The translations under genes were made by a program, and so were the position numbers. Positions 63,687-64,000 of a stretch of 64,000 bases of DNA are shown here, piece after piece. The DNA comes from Malacoraja senta (lineage: Eukaryota). Every line of letters starts with the position of its first letter. Within the stretch, counting starts at the first letter, position 1. Location: contig CM075983.1 in NCBI GenBank assembly GCA_038087875.1, positions 24,428,001-24,492,000 on the forward strand. The letters are read 5' to 3'. The notes under the pieces were generated by a model. The model saw nothing but the letters and a program-made list of their open reading frames with translations. It made no database searches and was not told the origin of the DNA.

Positions 63687-64000
63687 GGTGGCACAGTGGC
63701 ATAGCTGGCAGAGATGCTACCTCACAGTGCCAGAGATCCCAGTTTGATCCTGACCTCTGTGTGGAGTTTTCATGTTCTCGTTGTGAACACGTGGGTTTTC
63801 TTCAAGTACTCTAGTAGTCTATTATGTTCCTACATCCTAAGGATTTGCTTGTTTGTAGATTTATTGACATCTGTAAAATTGTCCTTAATATACAGGGCGT
63901 GGATGACAAAGTGGGTAACATAGCACCAGTGTAAATAGGCGATCAATGATGGGCATGGACTTGATAGATTGAAGAGCTTGTATCTCTAAACTAAATTAAA
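63687..64000 (+). mobile_element. tRNA-derived SINE
   Basis: gggtggcacagtggc head, agtttgatcc B-box, ctaaactaaa tail. Confidence 0.7.

Overview
Vertebrate genomic DNA, very likely a cartilaginous fish (skate/ray-like; inferred from the CR1 LINE, HE1/V-SINE-like SINE, Penelope and Tc1 repeat landscape). The window is dominated by one minus-strand gene, an FSIP2 (fibrous sheath-interacting protein 2) homologue. I reconstructed 12 coding exons with canonical GT-AG junctions and consistent phases: 59559-59621, 56523-56648, 52983-53144, 50854-50943, 50641-50771, 48593-48728, 44505-44615, 44034-44169, 41196-41257, 22525-26887, 10348-15716 and 4375-5067, giving about 3813 aa. Its CpG-rich promoter carries a cluster of RFX X-box motifs. 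About 2.6 kb upstream, a divergent gene begins whose first exon (62214-62390) looks like a TNF-superfamily type II membrane ligand. A 10,478-bp segment (26732-37209) is repeated apparently exactly at 37410-47887 across a 200-N gap, most likely an assembly false duplication. The most interesting signals are (i) about 15-20 AKAP-type amphipathic helices plus PKA sites in the FSIP2 protein, suggesting a multivalent D/D-domain scaffold; (ii) Penelope-derived minimal hammerhead-ribozyme motifs, including a palindromic two-strand unit with a 15-bp target-site duplication; and (iii) inverted young CR1 copies flanking the 5.4-kb exon. All homology calls come from my recall of family motifs, not from database searches.
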